Positions 26,914 to 37,118 of a DNA stretch of 64,000 nucleotides are shown piece after piece (position 1 is the stretch's first letter; each line of letters begins with the position of its first letter). The notes below the pieces were generated by a model. The model saw only the letters and a program-made list of their open reading frames with translations, did not search any database and was not told the DNA's origin. The position numbers were made by a program, and so were the translations under genes. Source of the stretch: Acidimicrobiia bacterium (lineage in GTDB: Bacteria; Actinomycetota; Acidimicrobiia; Spongiisociales; JAENVV01); the NCBI GenBank assembly GCA_041586155.1, contig JBFHAT010000003.1, positions 27,115-91,114 on the forward strand. The letters run 5' to 3'.

Positions 26914-28176
26914 TCAACCGAAGAGGTGCACGGCGCCGTGGATCGCCACTCCGACCAGTCCTCCGACCAGTGTCCCGTTGATGCGGACGAACTGGAGGTC
27001 CCGTCCGACCTGAAGCTCGAGGCGGCGGCTCGTTTCCTCGGCGTCCCATTTGGCGACGGTCGATGCGACCGCATCGGCGACGTGGTCCCCGGACTCGCGG
27101 ACGAGTTGGCTGGCCAGGCGTTCTGCCCATTCGTTGATACGCGCCTGCAGCGACTCGTCCTCTTGGATGCGGTGGCCGGCGTCGACGATCGCGTCGGTGA
27201 TGCGCATCCGCAGCTCGGAGTCGGCTTGAGCCGCCGCGGCCTGGATTTGGCCGGCGAGGTCGGCGACGATCCTGTCGATCCATTCGGCCACTTCGGGACG
27301 CTCGAGTAACTCGTCCCGGAAGTCGTTGACGCGCTGCTGCACCTCGGGGTTCTCGCGCAAGTCGATTGCCAGCTCTTCCATGTGCAGCTCGAGCTGCTTG
27401 CGCATCGGGTGGCGTTCGTCGTGGATGAGCTCCGCCAGGAAACGCTGCACTCCGAGATAGATGCGATCGAACACCCGGTTGTCGATCTCGTCGGGAACCC
27501 ACCAAGGCGACTCGGCGTGCAGACGCTGGCGCAATAGGGCTTTCTGGTCGCTGAGGATGCCCGAAACCGACCGAAGCATGCTGGAAACGACGGGACGATG
27601 ATGCCCATGAGCGAGGATCCAGTCCGTTGCCGACCCGATCGCGGGTCCCGGGTCGATCTGGCGGAGTCGGTCGGCCGCCAGCCTGCGAAGTCGCTCGCGG
27701 TAGTCGTCGCCCTCGAGCGACTCGGCGACCACTCCTACGATCACCGACACCTGCCCCGCCACCGTGGCGGCATTGTCGCGGTCGGTCAACCATGCCCCGA
27801 CCTTGCGCGCAGGATCGGCCTGGCGGAGGCGTGCCAGCAGATGCTCCTGATCGAGGAAGTTGTGACGGATGAACTCACCCAATCCGATGCCGATCGCCTC
27901 CTTGCCGCGAGGGATCAGGGCGGTGTGAGGAATCGGGATGCCCAGCGGGTGCCGAAACAGCGCGGTCACTGCGAACCAATCAGCCATGCCGCCCACCATG
28001 GCCGCCTCGGCTGCTGCTCGTAGGTACCCCCAGCCGCCGCTGCCGTCGGTGAGGAACGTCGCAACGAACACCAGCGCCGCCAGCACCAGCAAGCCGGACG
28101 CCCGCCGCTTGGCAGCCCGGAGGCGGCGGGAGCGTCGTTCGTCGAATTCGATCGTGGTGGCCGGCAGGGTCACCAC
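26914..28176 (-). CDS. DUF445-family membrane protein
   Basis: N-terminal TM helix then a long helical domain. Pattern ('GGMADWFAVTALFRHPLGIPIPHTALIPR') recalled as DUF445. Confidence 0.5.
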   Translation of the reverse strand: MVTLPATTIEFDERRSRRLRAAKRRASGLLVLAALVFVATFLTDGSGGWGYLRAAAEAAMVGGMADWFAVTALFRHPLGIPIPHTALIPRGKEAIGIGLGEFIRHNFLDQEHLLARLRQADPARKVGAWLTDRDNAATVAGQVSVIVGVVAESLEGDDYRERLRRLAADRLRQIDPGPAIGSATDWILAHGHHRPVVSSMLRSVSGILSDQKALLRQRLHAESPWWVPDEIDNRVFDRIYLGVQRFLAELIHDERHPMRKQLELHMEELAIDLRENPEVQQRVNDFRDELLERPEVAEWIDRIVADLAGQIQAAAAQADSELRMRITDAIVDAGHRIQEDESLQARINEWAERLASQLVRESGDHVADAVASTVAKWDAEETSRRLELQVGRDLQFVRINGTLVGGLVGVAIHGAVHLFG

Positions 28177-28202
28177 GACATGTTATTGGCGAATCGCGCT
28201 AC

Positions 28203-28949
28203 TCAGCGATGTTCGGGGTTGGGAAAGTCAAACCGGCAGCCCGCATCCCACTCTGATCGCTGATTGCCGTGCGCGGGGATTCCTCCGGCGTCCCGCAAGA
28301 GCCTGGCCATGTGCAGCAGGTTCCACGTCATGAAGGTGGTGTTCCGGTTGGTGAAGTCGTTCTCGGGGCCGCCCGATCCCTCGTCGAGGTAGGACGGGCC
28401 CGGTCCGGCCTCGCCGATCCAACCGGCGTCGGCCTGCGGTGGGATCAGGTAACCCAGATGCTGCAATGCGTACAGAACGCTCATCGAGCAGTGCTTGACG
28501 CCGTCTTCGTTGCCGGTCACGAGACATCCGGCTACCCGGCCGTAGTAGGCGTATTGTCCCGAATCGTTGAGTTGGCTGCTGTTGGCGTACAGCCGCTCGA
28601 TGAGCGACGTGCACACCGAAGACTTCTCGCCCAACCAGATTGGCGTGCCGATGACCAGAATGTCGGCTGCGATGACTTTGGCGAACAGCTCCGGCCAGTC
28701 GTCGCTGGAGAACCCGTGCGCGGTCATGTCGGGCCAAACACCGGGTGGCAGGTCATGGTCGACGGCCCGGATCATCTCGACTGCCACGCCGTTGACCCGC
28801 ATGATCTCAGCCGAGATGTCCATGAGCCCTTGTGTGTGCGACAGCTGTGGGCTGGGCTTCAGCGTGCAGTTGATGAAGATCGCCGAGAGGTCCGAGAAGT
28901 CCCAGTCGTGGGATTCGCAGAGTTCTTGCTGTCGGGGAGTCAGAGGCAT
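28203..28949 (-). CDS. flavodoxin-like fold NAD(P)H-dependent oxidoreductase
   Basis: 'ADILVIGTPIWLG' FMN-reductase-like motif. 248 aa. Confidence 0.55.
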   Translation of the reverse strand: MPLTPRQQELCESHDWDFSDLSAIFINCTLKPSPQLSHTQGLMDISAEIMRVNGVAVEMIRAVDHDLPPGVWPDMTAHGFSSDDWPELFAKVIAADILVIGTPIWLGEKSSVCTSLIERLYANSSQLNDSGQYAYYGRVAGCLVTGNEDGVKHCSMSVLYALQHLGYLIPPQADAGWIGEAGPGPSYLDEGSGGPENDFTNRNTTFMTWNLLHMARLLRDAGGIPAHGNQRSEWDAGCRFDFPNPEHR

Positions 28950-29069
28950 GTCCCGTCCTTTCTGCGCATTGTCCGCGGAGGCTAGCCGCAGTGGTGTTTG
29001 GAGGGATCACCGCGCGACAACGGCGCCCCGCGGGCGCCGCCGTCACATCGTGGAAAGTGTCGCTGAGTC

Positions 29070-29282
29070 TCAGCCCCAGGTCACCAGCCGGAGGGTCGAA
29101 ATCGGGCCCGAGCCGTCGCCGTCGACCACGACTGCGTTCTTGCCGTTTTCCCGGCCAGCCTCGATGGATGCAGGTGCCCCGCCCACCGACGCCACGGCAA
29201 CAGCGACCACGGCGATCAGAGCTACGAGTGCGAGAAGAACCCGGCGCTTGCCGTGATCCCAAGCAAGTCCGAAAGCTGCCAT
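29070..29282 (-). CDS. small hypothetical membrane/secreted protein (70 aa)
   Basis: Single hydrophobic helix 'VLLALVALIAVVAVAVASVGG'. Weak support. Confidence 0.25.
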   Translation of the reverse strand: MAAFGLAWDHGKRRVLLALVALIAVVAVAVASVGGAPASIEAGRENGKNAVVVDGDGSGPISTLRLVTWG

Positions 29283-29369
29283 TGGAGTCGTCCTTTCTGG
29301 TCCGTACTCAGGAGTTATCGACGACAGCAGTCGAAATCTAGAGGGTCATCGGAGCGACATCCGATGTGA

Positions 29370-29786
29370 CTAGTCCCCGGAACGGGTCAGGGGGGCCGTC
29401 TCCACCATGATGCAACGGTCGCTGACGAACGCGACGCCGTTATCGGTGAGGCGGTCCATGAGGCTCGAGCTCTCGGCGCCGGGCTGAAGCCACACGTTGT
29501 CGAGGCCGAGTCGTCGCACCTCATCGGCCACCGACTCACCGATACCGGCCGGTACGACCATGTCGATCAGGTCAGGGGACTCCGGGAGCGCTGAAAGGGA
29601 GGGATAGGCCCGGTCGCCGTCCACGGTGGCCCGATTGGGGTTGACGGCCACGACTCGGTACCCCTTTGCTTTCAGGTCGCGATAGATCCGTCCGCCGAAT
29701 TTGCCCGGTGTGTCCGTCGCTCCTACCACGGCGATGACGGTATCGGGGTCGGCCAACAGGCGTACGGTGTCCACTGCTCCCATCAC
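29370..29786 (-). CDS. CoA-binding domain protein
   Basis: 'IAVVGATDTPGKFGGRIYRDLKAKGYRVVAVNP' Rossmann-like CoA-binding motif (YccU family). Confidence 0.7.
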   Translation of the reverse strand: MMGAVDTVRLLADPDTVIAVVGATDTPGKFGGRIYRDLKAKGYRVVAVNPNRATVDGDRAYPSLSALPESPDLIDMVVPAGIGESVADEVRRLGLDNVWLQPGAESSSLMDRLTDNGVAFVSDRCIMVETAPLTRSGD

Positions 29787-29802
29787 AACACCGCAGGCGC
29801 GC

Positions 29803-30615
29803 TCAACCTTCCCAGATCCGTAGACGATCGAGGTTCACCTCGGCTTCCGTGTTGCCCAGTTTGACCGCGTGCTGGTACGCCTCGCGTGCATCGCGAGATC
29901 GTCCTTCAAGCTCGAGTACCACGCCGAGATTGTTGGCGGCCACGCCGTCGTGACGAGCCGCCCCCCTCAAGACGCCCTCGGCTTCGCTGAGCTTTCCCCA
30001 CTCGAGGAGCTTGGATCCGAGGGCGGCATCTGCCCCTGTCAGGCCATTGAGGGAAGCCGACCGGAGCAGGCGAGCGGAGCGTGCTCGGTCGGTCTCGCCC
30101 AACGCGGCGGCGACCGCGTCGTCGACCGTGTCGGGAAAGGCGATCACGGGATCGTCGGGAGGCGGGGGATCGGAGTTGCCGACGTCGGTCTCTCGATCAG
30201 TCGCCGGCTCGTCGGGCAGGGTCTCGCCCGCATCGGGAGGATCGCCCCCATCGAGGCTGAGGGCGGCAGCTGGCGACGTCGTCGAGGCCGTGGCCGATCC
30301 TCCGACGACCACACCAGCTTGCGACAGTTCGGCGAGCTGTTGGCCGACGTGGTTGCCGGCCAACCGGACGCGAGCGGGCAGCGTGGAGAGCATGGCGCGC
30401 GCCGTCACCGGTTCGATGCCAGTGACGCGAGCCAGCACATGCGCGGCCCGCTCGGTGTCCTCGACGGCCGTCACGATGACATCGGTGGTCACCTCCGGTT
30501 CGATGGCAGGCACCCGTACGGCTTCGGCGACGCGACGCCGACGCGCACGCCTACGGCTCGAGACGATCGACACGATGACGATGATGATGAAAAGCGTGAA
30601 GAAGAAGTCGCTCAT
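29803..30615 (-). CDS. membrane-anchored TPR-like repeat protein
   Basis: N-terminal TM 'FFFTLFIIIVIVSIVSS' plus Arg cluster. C-terminal TPR-like helices ('AANNLGVVLELEGRSRDAREAYQHAVKLG'). ATGA overlap with the upstream gene. Confidence 0.4.
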   Translation of the reverse strand: MSDFFFTLFIIIVIVSIVSSRRRARRRRVAEAVRVPAIEPEVTTDVIVTAVEDTERAAHVLARVTGIEPVTARAMLSTLPARVRLAGNHVGQQLAELSQAGVVVGGSATASTTSPAAALSLDGGDPPDAGETLPDEPATDRETDVGNSDPPPPDDPVIAFPDTVDDAVAAALGETDRARSARLLRSASLNGLTGADAALGSKLLEWGKLSEAEGVLRGAARHDGVAANNLGVVLELEGRSRDAREAYQHAVKLGNTEAEVNLDRLRIWEG

Positions 30616-31328
30616 GAAGCGCCGATGGACACGTGGTGGCACTCTGAGCACACGCGACGCACGATCCCACCAGAGATGACGTTCTCCTCGAAGGTGTGGA
30701 CGTGGTTGACTTTGCTTCGTATCCGATTCACGACACCAGCCCGAGCGACGGCGCGGTCTGTGATGTCGAGGACGATAGCGGTTTCGTCCTGGGTGACCTC
30801 GTGACTGGGGGCGTCGAAGGGGTCGCCACCCGGATGGTCATCTTCTGCCACTGCGGGTTCGTAGCCGTGAGCGAGGGTCCCGGCGGTCGAGCCGGGCGCA
30901 GGTGTGACGGCTCGGCGGCGCGGCGGGAGTGGTGGCTCCGAGGTAGTGGAGACAGGCGGCGTCGGGCTGCTCGCCGGCCGTGGCCCCACCGGTGTGACGG
31001 GTTGGTCGTCCTGCGATGCGCGCCGCCGTCGCCTGCGGACCCCACGCAGGCCCTGGTTCAACTTCAGCTCGAGCTCGGCGAGCTCGCGAGGCGCGTCATA
31101 GGCGAATGCCAACCGGTTGGCGGCTTCGAAGATGAATGACTCGTCGCCGAATGTGACCTTGAACAGGTCCCCCATGAAGCGATCGAATGTGACGTCTTCG
31201 GGGTCCCACTTGCCCAGCACCACATCGGAGTCGTCTTGGATGACGACTGCGTCGTCGACGATCCCGATCTTGACCGCCAGCCCTGGTGTGGCTGTCTCGT
31301 CGATGCGTAGAAATCCCGTGTAATGCAT
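30612..31328 (-). CDS. hypothetical protein with Pro-rich linker and C-terminal Cys cluster
   Basis: ORF in an operon-like position between the GGDEF-EAL gene and the TPR gene. N-terminal ~95-aa domain, PT-rich linker, 'CSECHH'. Confidence 0.35.
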   Translation of the reverse strand: MHYTGFLRIDETATPGLAVKIGIVDDAVVIQDDSDVVLGKWDPEDVTFDRFMGDLFKVTFGDESFIFEAANRLAFAYDAPRELAELELKLNQGLRGVRRRRRRASQDDQPVTPVGPRPASSPTPPVSTTSEPPLPPRRRAVTPAPGSTAGTLAHGYEPAVAEDDHPGGDPFDAPSHEVTQDETAIVLDITDRAVARAGVVNRIRSKVNHVHTFEENVISGGIVRRVCSECHHVSIGAS

Positions 31329-31433
31329 CTCGTCCCTGCCCGAAGGCCGCCCCTGGCCCCCGCCTCCCCTACACGGAGCCAACATCCGTGCCGTGCGAAG
31401 GCTCGCGGCTCCAATGCTAGCTGTCAAGGGGTT

Positions 31434-33986
31434 CTAGCTGATGATGCGCAGATGTGCGTGCTGGGACCGGTCGTCGCGCCGCGCCGGGGAGACGAGCGGT
31501 TTGCCTTCCACCAGCAGTGCACCCAGCTGGTCCAGGTCCAGTGGGCGGGAGATGAAGTATCCCTGGCCGGCGGCACAGCCAAGCTGACGGAGTCGTTCGA
31601 GCTGCTTGCCGGTCTCGATTCCTTCGATGACGGAGTCCATGCCGATCGCTTGGCCGATCTGCAAGACCGTGCGAACCAACGGCGTCTCGTCGTCGAGACG
31701 TTCCACGAACGACTTGTCGATCTTGATGAGTTCGATCGGCAGTCGGTCCAAGTAGGCGAGCGAGCTGTACCCGGTACCGAAGTCGTCGATGGCGATGCGG
31801 ACGCCCAATGCTCTCAGGTCGTCCAGCGTGTGGATCGCGGTCTGCATGACGATGTTCTCCGTGATCTCCAGGATGAGCAGCCCTCGGTCGACGTTGTGGA
31901 CGTTGAGTCGGCGCCCGATCTCTCGCACGAGGTCCGGATCTGCGAGCTGGCGGGGAGAGAGGTTCACCGACATCGTGAGCCGACGTGCCGGGTAGCGGCT
32001 CTGCAGCACACCGAGGTCGGTGATTGCCTGGTCGAGCACCAGTCGTCCGATAGCGTCGATCTGGCCGGTCTCCTCGGCGAATGCGATGAACTGGCCCGGT
32101 GGAACCTCTCCTCGGGTGGGGTGATCCCAGCGAACGAGCGCCTCCACGCCGGTGATCTCGCCTGAGAACAGGTCGACGATCGGTTGGTACTTGACGTGGA
32201 GCTCCTGACGTTCGAGGGCCTTGCGCAAATCGGCTTTCAGTTCCAGTCGCCGCACCAGCTCGGAATGCATCTCGTCCTCGAAGACGCGGTAGGTGCCTTT
32301 CGTCGACTGCTTGGCTGCATACATCGCAGCGTCGGCGTTGCGGAGCAGCTGGTCTGCTTCGATCGCCAGCCCGGCCCCAAAGGCCACGCCGATGGACGTG
32401 CGGACTGCGAGATCGTGACCTTCGATTGCGAACGCCGGCTGCATCCCGGTGAGGATGCGCTCTGCGACGTCGGTGCCCTGGCGCGGGTCTGAGAGATCGG
32501 TGAGCAGGACCGCGAACTCATCGCCGCCGAGTCGCGCCACGACGTCGTTCGGGCGGGTCAGCGTGCGCAACCTGTTGGCGACCTGAACGAGCAAGCTGTC
32601 TCCCGCAGCATGCCCGAGAGAGTCGTTGACGGTCTTGAAATCGTCGAGGTCCAAGAACAGCACGCCCACCAGGGCATTGGGTCCGGACTCGATCGCTGCC
32701 TCGACCTGCTCGGTGAACAAGATGCGGTTGGCGAGCTGCGTCAACGAATCGTGGAGCGCCTGATGTCGGAGCTGGTCTTTGAGCTCGGTCAGCTGCATGA
32801 GCGAATCCTCGAGGCGACCGTTTTCGAGCGAGACGCTCACCTGCGAGGCGAACGTCTCCAAGAGCCGTACGTCGCTGCGGTCGAACTCACTGACGTCTCC
32901 CAGGCGGTTGGCGAGCAACAACACGCCGAACACCTGCCCGTCGGATGTGAGGGGTGCGGCGATCACGTCGGTCATCGCCGCATCGCGACCGACGAACTTG
33001 GTGGTCGGTTCCTCGATGAATGCCGCTTCCCCGGTCTCGGAGATCTGTCGGAGCACAGCCAGCTCGGCACCCAACTCGACCGGCTGCATCGTCATCGCCC
33101 CACCGTCCGATCCGATGGCCGTGCGGTACGCCTGCTGATTGTCGTCCTCGGGAAGGAGCGTGATCTCCACCAGTTCTGCTTCGAACATGTTCTGGGCGAA
33201 CTCTGCGGCAGCCATCAGCGCGGCCTCGATCTGCGGCGACGAATGGAGTGCGCGGGTCGCCTCGTACAGCGACTCGAGGCGCGACTTCTCGACCCGCTGC
33301 GAGATGTAGGCCCGGTATGCCAGGAACAGGACGACGGGGGGGACCAGCGCGAGCCATGCCGTCTCGGGCGCGGTCCACAGGATCGTGACTGCAACCAACG
33401 CCAGCGATGTGTTCATGGCCGCCGCCAGCGCAGTGATTCCGTATACCTCGAAACGCTCGTGGGTACCGATGCTCGAACCTGAGAGCTGGATGGCGGCGTT
33501 GATGAGGATGTTGGCAATGAGTACGGCGATCTGCATTGCCAGGATCGCCGCCACCCATCCGGCGAGCCCGAGCGGTTCGCCGAACGAGATGACGCTGCGG
33601 AATACGATCACCGCAACCGCCGATTCCAACGTCAGCTGCGCGAGGTTGAACGTCAGCTTCACCCACGGTTGACGCCGGTTGACCACGAGAGCTGTGCCGT
33701 TGGCGAGGAGCTGCGCAGCGATGAATCCCAGCGGGCCCGTCATGAACAGGGCGACGACCATCGGGATCTCGCTCATCGAGAAGGAATAGGCGTGACGGTT
33801 GAAGCGGATGTGAACGACCGTCACTTCGGCGAGGTAGAGCGTGAGCGCCAGAACCCACCACGAGACTTGGAACGCCTCCGGTCTCAGCGTCGTAACGTCG
33901 CGGATCGCCAGAATCAGCAGCGTTGCCGTCACGGTGATTCCGGCCGTCAGCAGCCAGACCCGCTTCGCTCCTGATTTCAGTCGCAT
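31434..33986 (-). CDS. polytopic membrane sensor with GAF, GGDEF (diguanylate cyclase) and EAL (c-di-GMP phosphodiesterase) domains
   Basis: N-terminal ~300 aa with multiple TM helices. 'RLGGDEFAVLL' GGDEF motif. 'EALVRW', 'DDFGTGYSSL', 'KIDKSF' EAL motifs. Confidence 0.85.
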   Translation of the reverse strand: MRLKSGAKRVWLLTAGITVTATLLILAIRDVTTLRPEAFQVSWWVLALTLYLAEVTVVHIRFNRHAYSFSMSEIPMVVALFMTGPLGFIAAQLLANGTALVVNRRQPWVKLTFNLAQLTLESAVAVIVFRSVISFGEPLGLAGWVAAILAMQIAVLIANILINAAIQLSGSSIGTHERFEVYGITALAAAMNTSLALVAVTILWTAPETAWLALVPPVVLFLAYRAYISQRVEKSRLESLYEATRALHSSPQIEAALMAAAEFAQNMFEAELVEITLLPEDDNQQAYRTAIGSDGGAMTMQPVELGAELAVLRQISETGEAAFIEEPTTKFVGRDAAMTDVIAAPLTSDGQVFGVLLLANRLGDVSEFDRSDVRLLETFASQVSVSLENGRLEDSLMQLTELKDQLRHQALHDSLTQLANRILFTEQVEAAIESGPNALVGVLFLDLDDFKTVNDSLGHAAGDSLLVQVANRLRTLTRPNDVVARLGGDEFAVLLTDLSDPRQGTDVAERILTGMQPAFAIEGHDLAVRTSIGVAFGAGLAIEADQLLRNADAAMYAAKQSTKGTYRVFEDEMHSELVRRLELKADLRKALERQELHVKYQPIVDLFSGEITGVEALVRWDHPTRGEVPPGQFIAFAEETGQIDAIGRLVLDQAITDLGVLQSRYPARRLTMSVNLSPRQLADPDLVREIGRRLNVHNVDRGLLILEITENIVMQTAIHTLDDLRALGVRIAIDDFGTGYSSLAYLDRLPIELIKIDKSFVERLDDETPLVRTVLQIGQAIGMDSVIEGIETGKQLERLRQLGCAAGQGYFISRPLDLDQLGALLVEGKPLVSPARRDDRSQHAHLRIIS

Positions 33987-34094
33987 TCGTCTACCTCGTC
34001 GATCTTTGCGGGCCGCAACCTAGACATATGCCGCCCAGATTCTGGGTATCGGCATCGGAGCCGGAGTCGTTGAGCGGTGCTCCGCGGACGATCG

Positions 34095-34805
34095 TCATGG
34101 CCCATAGATCTGGCTGAACGTTCCCAGCAGCTCTTCGCGAACCCCGGCAGTGCGGCCCTTGCGCTGAGGTTGCGGTTCGGAGCCGGCGTCCGCATCGTCC
34201 AAGGGCGGGGCGGGCTCGTCCGACACGGCCTGGTCGTCGGCATCCGCGTCTTCCGCAAGGGCTGCTTCTGACTCGACCTCATCCTGCTCGATGAGGTCCG
34301 GTTGGAGTGGCGTCACCTCGTTCGCGGCGCGGGTGGTGGCGGCGTCCGGCGACAGCGCTCCGTCGGGGGTCTCGACGCCTGTGTGCTCGGGTTCCGCGGT
34401 GAGCGCATCCTCTGTATGGTCGGGCGAGGCGTCCTCAATCGATGCCGGCTGAGGGGCCGACTGCGGCTCATCTGAATGAACGGCTTCGATCGGCAGGGGA
34501 GACGAGTAAGGGGCCACGGCCTCCGCGGGTTCATCCCACACCGGCGCATCCGAGCCGGCTGTGGCGTCGGCGGGGCTCGCCGGCTCGGGCGTGCCGACGT
34601 CTTCCGACGACGCGTTCTGCTCGATGTCGCCTGCATCATCGCTACCGAACACCGACGCCAGCCATGCGTAGTCGTCCGACTGCGCACTCACCTCATCTTC
34701 GGTCGGGCTGGCGGTCTCCGGTGCATGGGTCTCTCGCGTCGGAAACCCAATCTCGATTGGATCGTGATCCGCCAATGATCCTCCAGAAACACCTGTGTCG
34801 AACAT
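34095..34805 (-). CDS. acidic low-complexity (likely disordered) hypothetical protein
   Basis: 236-aa D/E/P/A-rich ORF with high GC3 in the same orientation as its neighbours. No domain recognisable. Confidence 0.35.
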   Translation of the reverse strand: MFDTGVSGGSLADHDPIEIGFPTRETHAPETASPTEDEVSAQSDDYAWLASVFGSDDAGDIEQNASSEDVGTPEPASPADATAGSDAPVWDEPAEAVAPYSSPLPIEAVHSDEPQSAPQPASIEDASPDHTEDALTAEPEHTGVETPDGALSPDAATTRAANEVTPLQPDLIEQDEVESEAALAEDADADDQAVSDEPAPPLDDADAGSEPQPQRKGRTAGVREELLGTFSQIYGP

Positions 34806-34884
34806 CGGCAGGCGGGCCTCCAGGCTTGAGATGTTCGGGCTCGTGGTCAGGATCCTGGGGAAGTGCGGGGCGAGCGGTCAATGC

Positions 34885-35505
34885 TCACCAGCCCCGTGCC
34901 CTCCAATCGTCGAGGGCCGGCTGTTCCTTCGCCACCGTGCTCGGCGAGCCGTGGCCCGGATAGAAGACCGTCTCTGCGGGAAGGCTGAACAGCCGGGCTT
35001 CGATACTCGCCATGATCTGATCGAAGTCGGAGTACGGGAACCGGGTTGCTCCGGGCCCACCCGGGAAGAGAGTGTCCCCGGAGAACAGCACGCCGTCGAC
35101 GAGAAAGCAGCAAGAACCCGGTGTGTGCCCCGGGGTTTGGATCACCTCGATGCTGGTGCGACCGACCGGGATCGCCATCCCGTCGGCGAGCGGCAGGTCG
35201 ATGGGATGGTCGACCAGGAAGGCATCGTGGGGGTGCATCGCGAACCGGCAGCCGGCCTCGACCAGCTCGGGGATGGCCCCCACGTGGTCGGAGTGACCGT
35301 GAGTGGTCAGCACGATCGACGGGGGTCGGTAGCCCTTCCAGGCCAGCAACCGATTTGGCTGGTCGGCGGCGTCGATGAGGATCGTGTGGCCAGTCCGCCG
35401 ACATTCGACGGAGTACACGTTGTTCTCCAGCGGTCCGACCACGAGTCGGTGCACGAGAACGTGGTCTGTGGCAGCGAACGATTCCACGGCCGGCACGCTA
35501 CTCAC
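34885..35505 (-). CDS. MBL-fold metallo-hydrolase (glyoxalase II-like)
   Basis: 'HGHSDHVG' metal-binding motif, 'GDTLFPGGPG'. Confidence 0.8.
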   Translation of the reverse strand: MSSVPAVESFAATDHVLVHRLVVGPLENNVYSVECRRTGHTILIDAADQPNRLLAWKGYRPPSIVLTTHGHSDHVGAIPELVEAGCRFAMHPHDAFLVDHPIDLPLADGMAIPVGRTSIEVIQTPGHTPGSCCFLVDGVLFSGDTLFPGGPGATRFPYSDFDQIMASIEARLFSLPAETVFYPGHGSPSTVAKEQPALDDWRARGW

Positions 35506-35552
35506 CGGGGAGCGTGACCTGCAGTTAACATGCGGGGCGGAGGAAGGACGCC

Positions 35553-36674
35553 GTGCATTTTGGATTCAGCAACGAGCAGGAGCTGCTCCGGGAGACAGCC
35601 CGGCGCTACCTCACCGATCGTCTGCCGACGAGTCACGTGCGGCAGCTCATGATCACGCCTTCGGGTCACGATCCCCTCATCTGGAAAGAGATGGCCGAGA
35701 TGGGCTGGCATGGTTTGGCCCTGCCCCGGGAAGTGGGGGGTTCGGGCTCCTCGGTTCGTGAACTGGCGATCGTATTGGAGGAGATGGGCCGGGTGCTGGC
35801 GCCGGGCCCCTTCTTTTCGACCGTGGCGTTGGCCGCCCCGCTCGTGGAGGCGGCGGCATCGGGCGAGCAGCGCCATGAGGCGCTCGGCGCCATCGCCGAT
35901 GGGCGGATGACCGCAACGGTGGCGCTGGTGGCGCCCGACGGCAGGTGGGGTGAGGGCCGGATGGGGGTCGATGCCACCCAGGTCGGCGACGGTTGGATCC
36001 TTGCCGGACAGAAGTCCTTCGTCGTCGACGGACACACAGCCGACCTGCTGATCGTGCCGGCGGATACCGGCGACGGTCCTGCCCTCTTCCTCGTCGAGGG
36101 CAGTCGGTCGGGTGTGCGGCGAGAAGCGGCGGAGGTCATGGACCTCACCAGAAAGCTCGCCGACGTGCGGTTCGACGGAGTGCGGGTCGAAGACGCCCGC
36201 CGCATCGGCGAACCGGGTGCGGCCGCAGCATCCCTGCAGAGGATGCTCGACATCGCCTCGGTGTGCCTGGCCGCTGAGCAGGTCGGGGGTGCCGAGCGCG
36301 TGTTGGAGATTGCGGTGGCGTATGCCAAGGACCGAAAGCAGTTCGGGCGGCCCATCGGCAGCTTCCAAGCTGTCAAGCACATGTGCGCCGACATGCTGGT
36401 TTCCGTCGAGGCAGCCAAGTCGGTGGCACATCATGCGGCCTGGGCGGCCGGCGCCGACGACGAGGACCTGCCAGTGGCGGCTTCGCTGGCGGCCGCGTAT
36501 TGCTCCGAGGTGTACTACCGGGTCGCCGCGGACAACATCCAGATCCATGGCGGCATCGGGTTCACATGGGAGCATGATGCCCACCTGTTCTTCAAACGGG
36601 CCGCGTCGTCTCGGATGCTGCTCGGAACGCCTACCGACCACCGAGCCGAGCTCGCAGCGCGACTGGGGGTGTGA
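35553..36674 (+). CDS. acyl-CoA dehydrogenase
   Basis: ACAD family N-terminal/middle/C-terminal domains ('FQAVKHMCADM', 'IHGGIGFTWEHD'). Confidence 0.85.
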   Translation: MHFGFSNEQELLRETARRYLTDRLPTSHVRQLMITPSGHDPLIWKEMAEMGWHGLALPREVGGSGSSVRELAIVLEEMGRVLAPGPFFSTVALAAPLVEAAASGEQRHEALGAIADGRMTATVALVAPDGRWGEGRMGVDATQVGDGWILAGQKSFVVDGHTADLLIVPADTGDGPALFLVEGSRSGVRREAAEVMDLTRKLADVRFDGVRVEDARRIGEPGAAAASLQRMLDIASVCLAAEQVGGAERVLEIAVAYAKDRKQFGRPIGSFQAVKHMCADMLVSVEAAKSVAHHAAWAAGADDEDLPVAASLAAAYCSEVYYRVAADNIQIHGGIGFTWEHDAHLFFKRAASSRMLLGTPTDHRAELAARLGV

Positions 36675-37117
36675 CGGTGAGCAGCGTGACGGCGGTGGCT
36701 CTCGGGGCGGTGTTGGCGGCATTTCTGCTCGTACTGGCTGCGCTGATGGTGTGGCAGGAGGGGAGACGCGGCCGCGGTGCCGGGTCGGATCCGATCGAAT
36801 ACGTCCTCGACGACGCTGTGGCCTGGACGATCGACCGGATCGATGCGGCGACGAGGGCTCGGCTCGCTCGACACGACGTGCTCCGGATCCTCGAATGGCA
36901 GGTGTTCTACCTGCAGCAGTCGGTACGTGGTGCACGCCGAGGGCAGGCCGAGGTGGTGGTAGGTGACACGGCGCCGGCCGTCGAGTACATCGTGACCAGG
37001 GCGGCCGACACGCAGGGCGTCCACTACCGCCCCGACGATGTCGCCGAAGTGCTCTCGCAGCAGGGCTCGTACCTGGAGTCGCTCGGAGCAATCGCAGAGC
37101 CCGTCCGGGAGGTGTGA
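36671..37117 (+). CDS. hypothetical membrane protein (N-terminal TM)
   Basis: GTGA overlap with the acyl-CoA dehydrogenase stop. 'VTAVALGAVLAAFLLVLAALMVW'. Confidence 0.35.
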   Translation: MTVSSVTAVALGAVLAAFLLVLAALMVWQEGRRGRGAGSDPIEYVLDDAVAWTIDRIDAATRARLARHDVLRILEWQVFYLQQSVRGARRGQAEVVVGDTAPAVEYIVTRAADTQGVHYRPDDVAEVLSQQGSYLESLGAIAEPVREV

Positions 37118-37118
37118 G

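Noticed and set aside
29347-29366. CATCGGA-N6-TCCGATG hairpin downstream of the CoA-binding gene as a terminator
   Set aside because: Only a 7-bp stem, no U-tract, and the next gene follows closely in the same orientation. Too weak to call.
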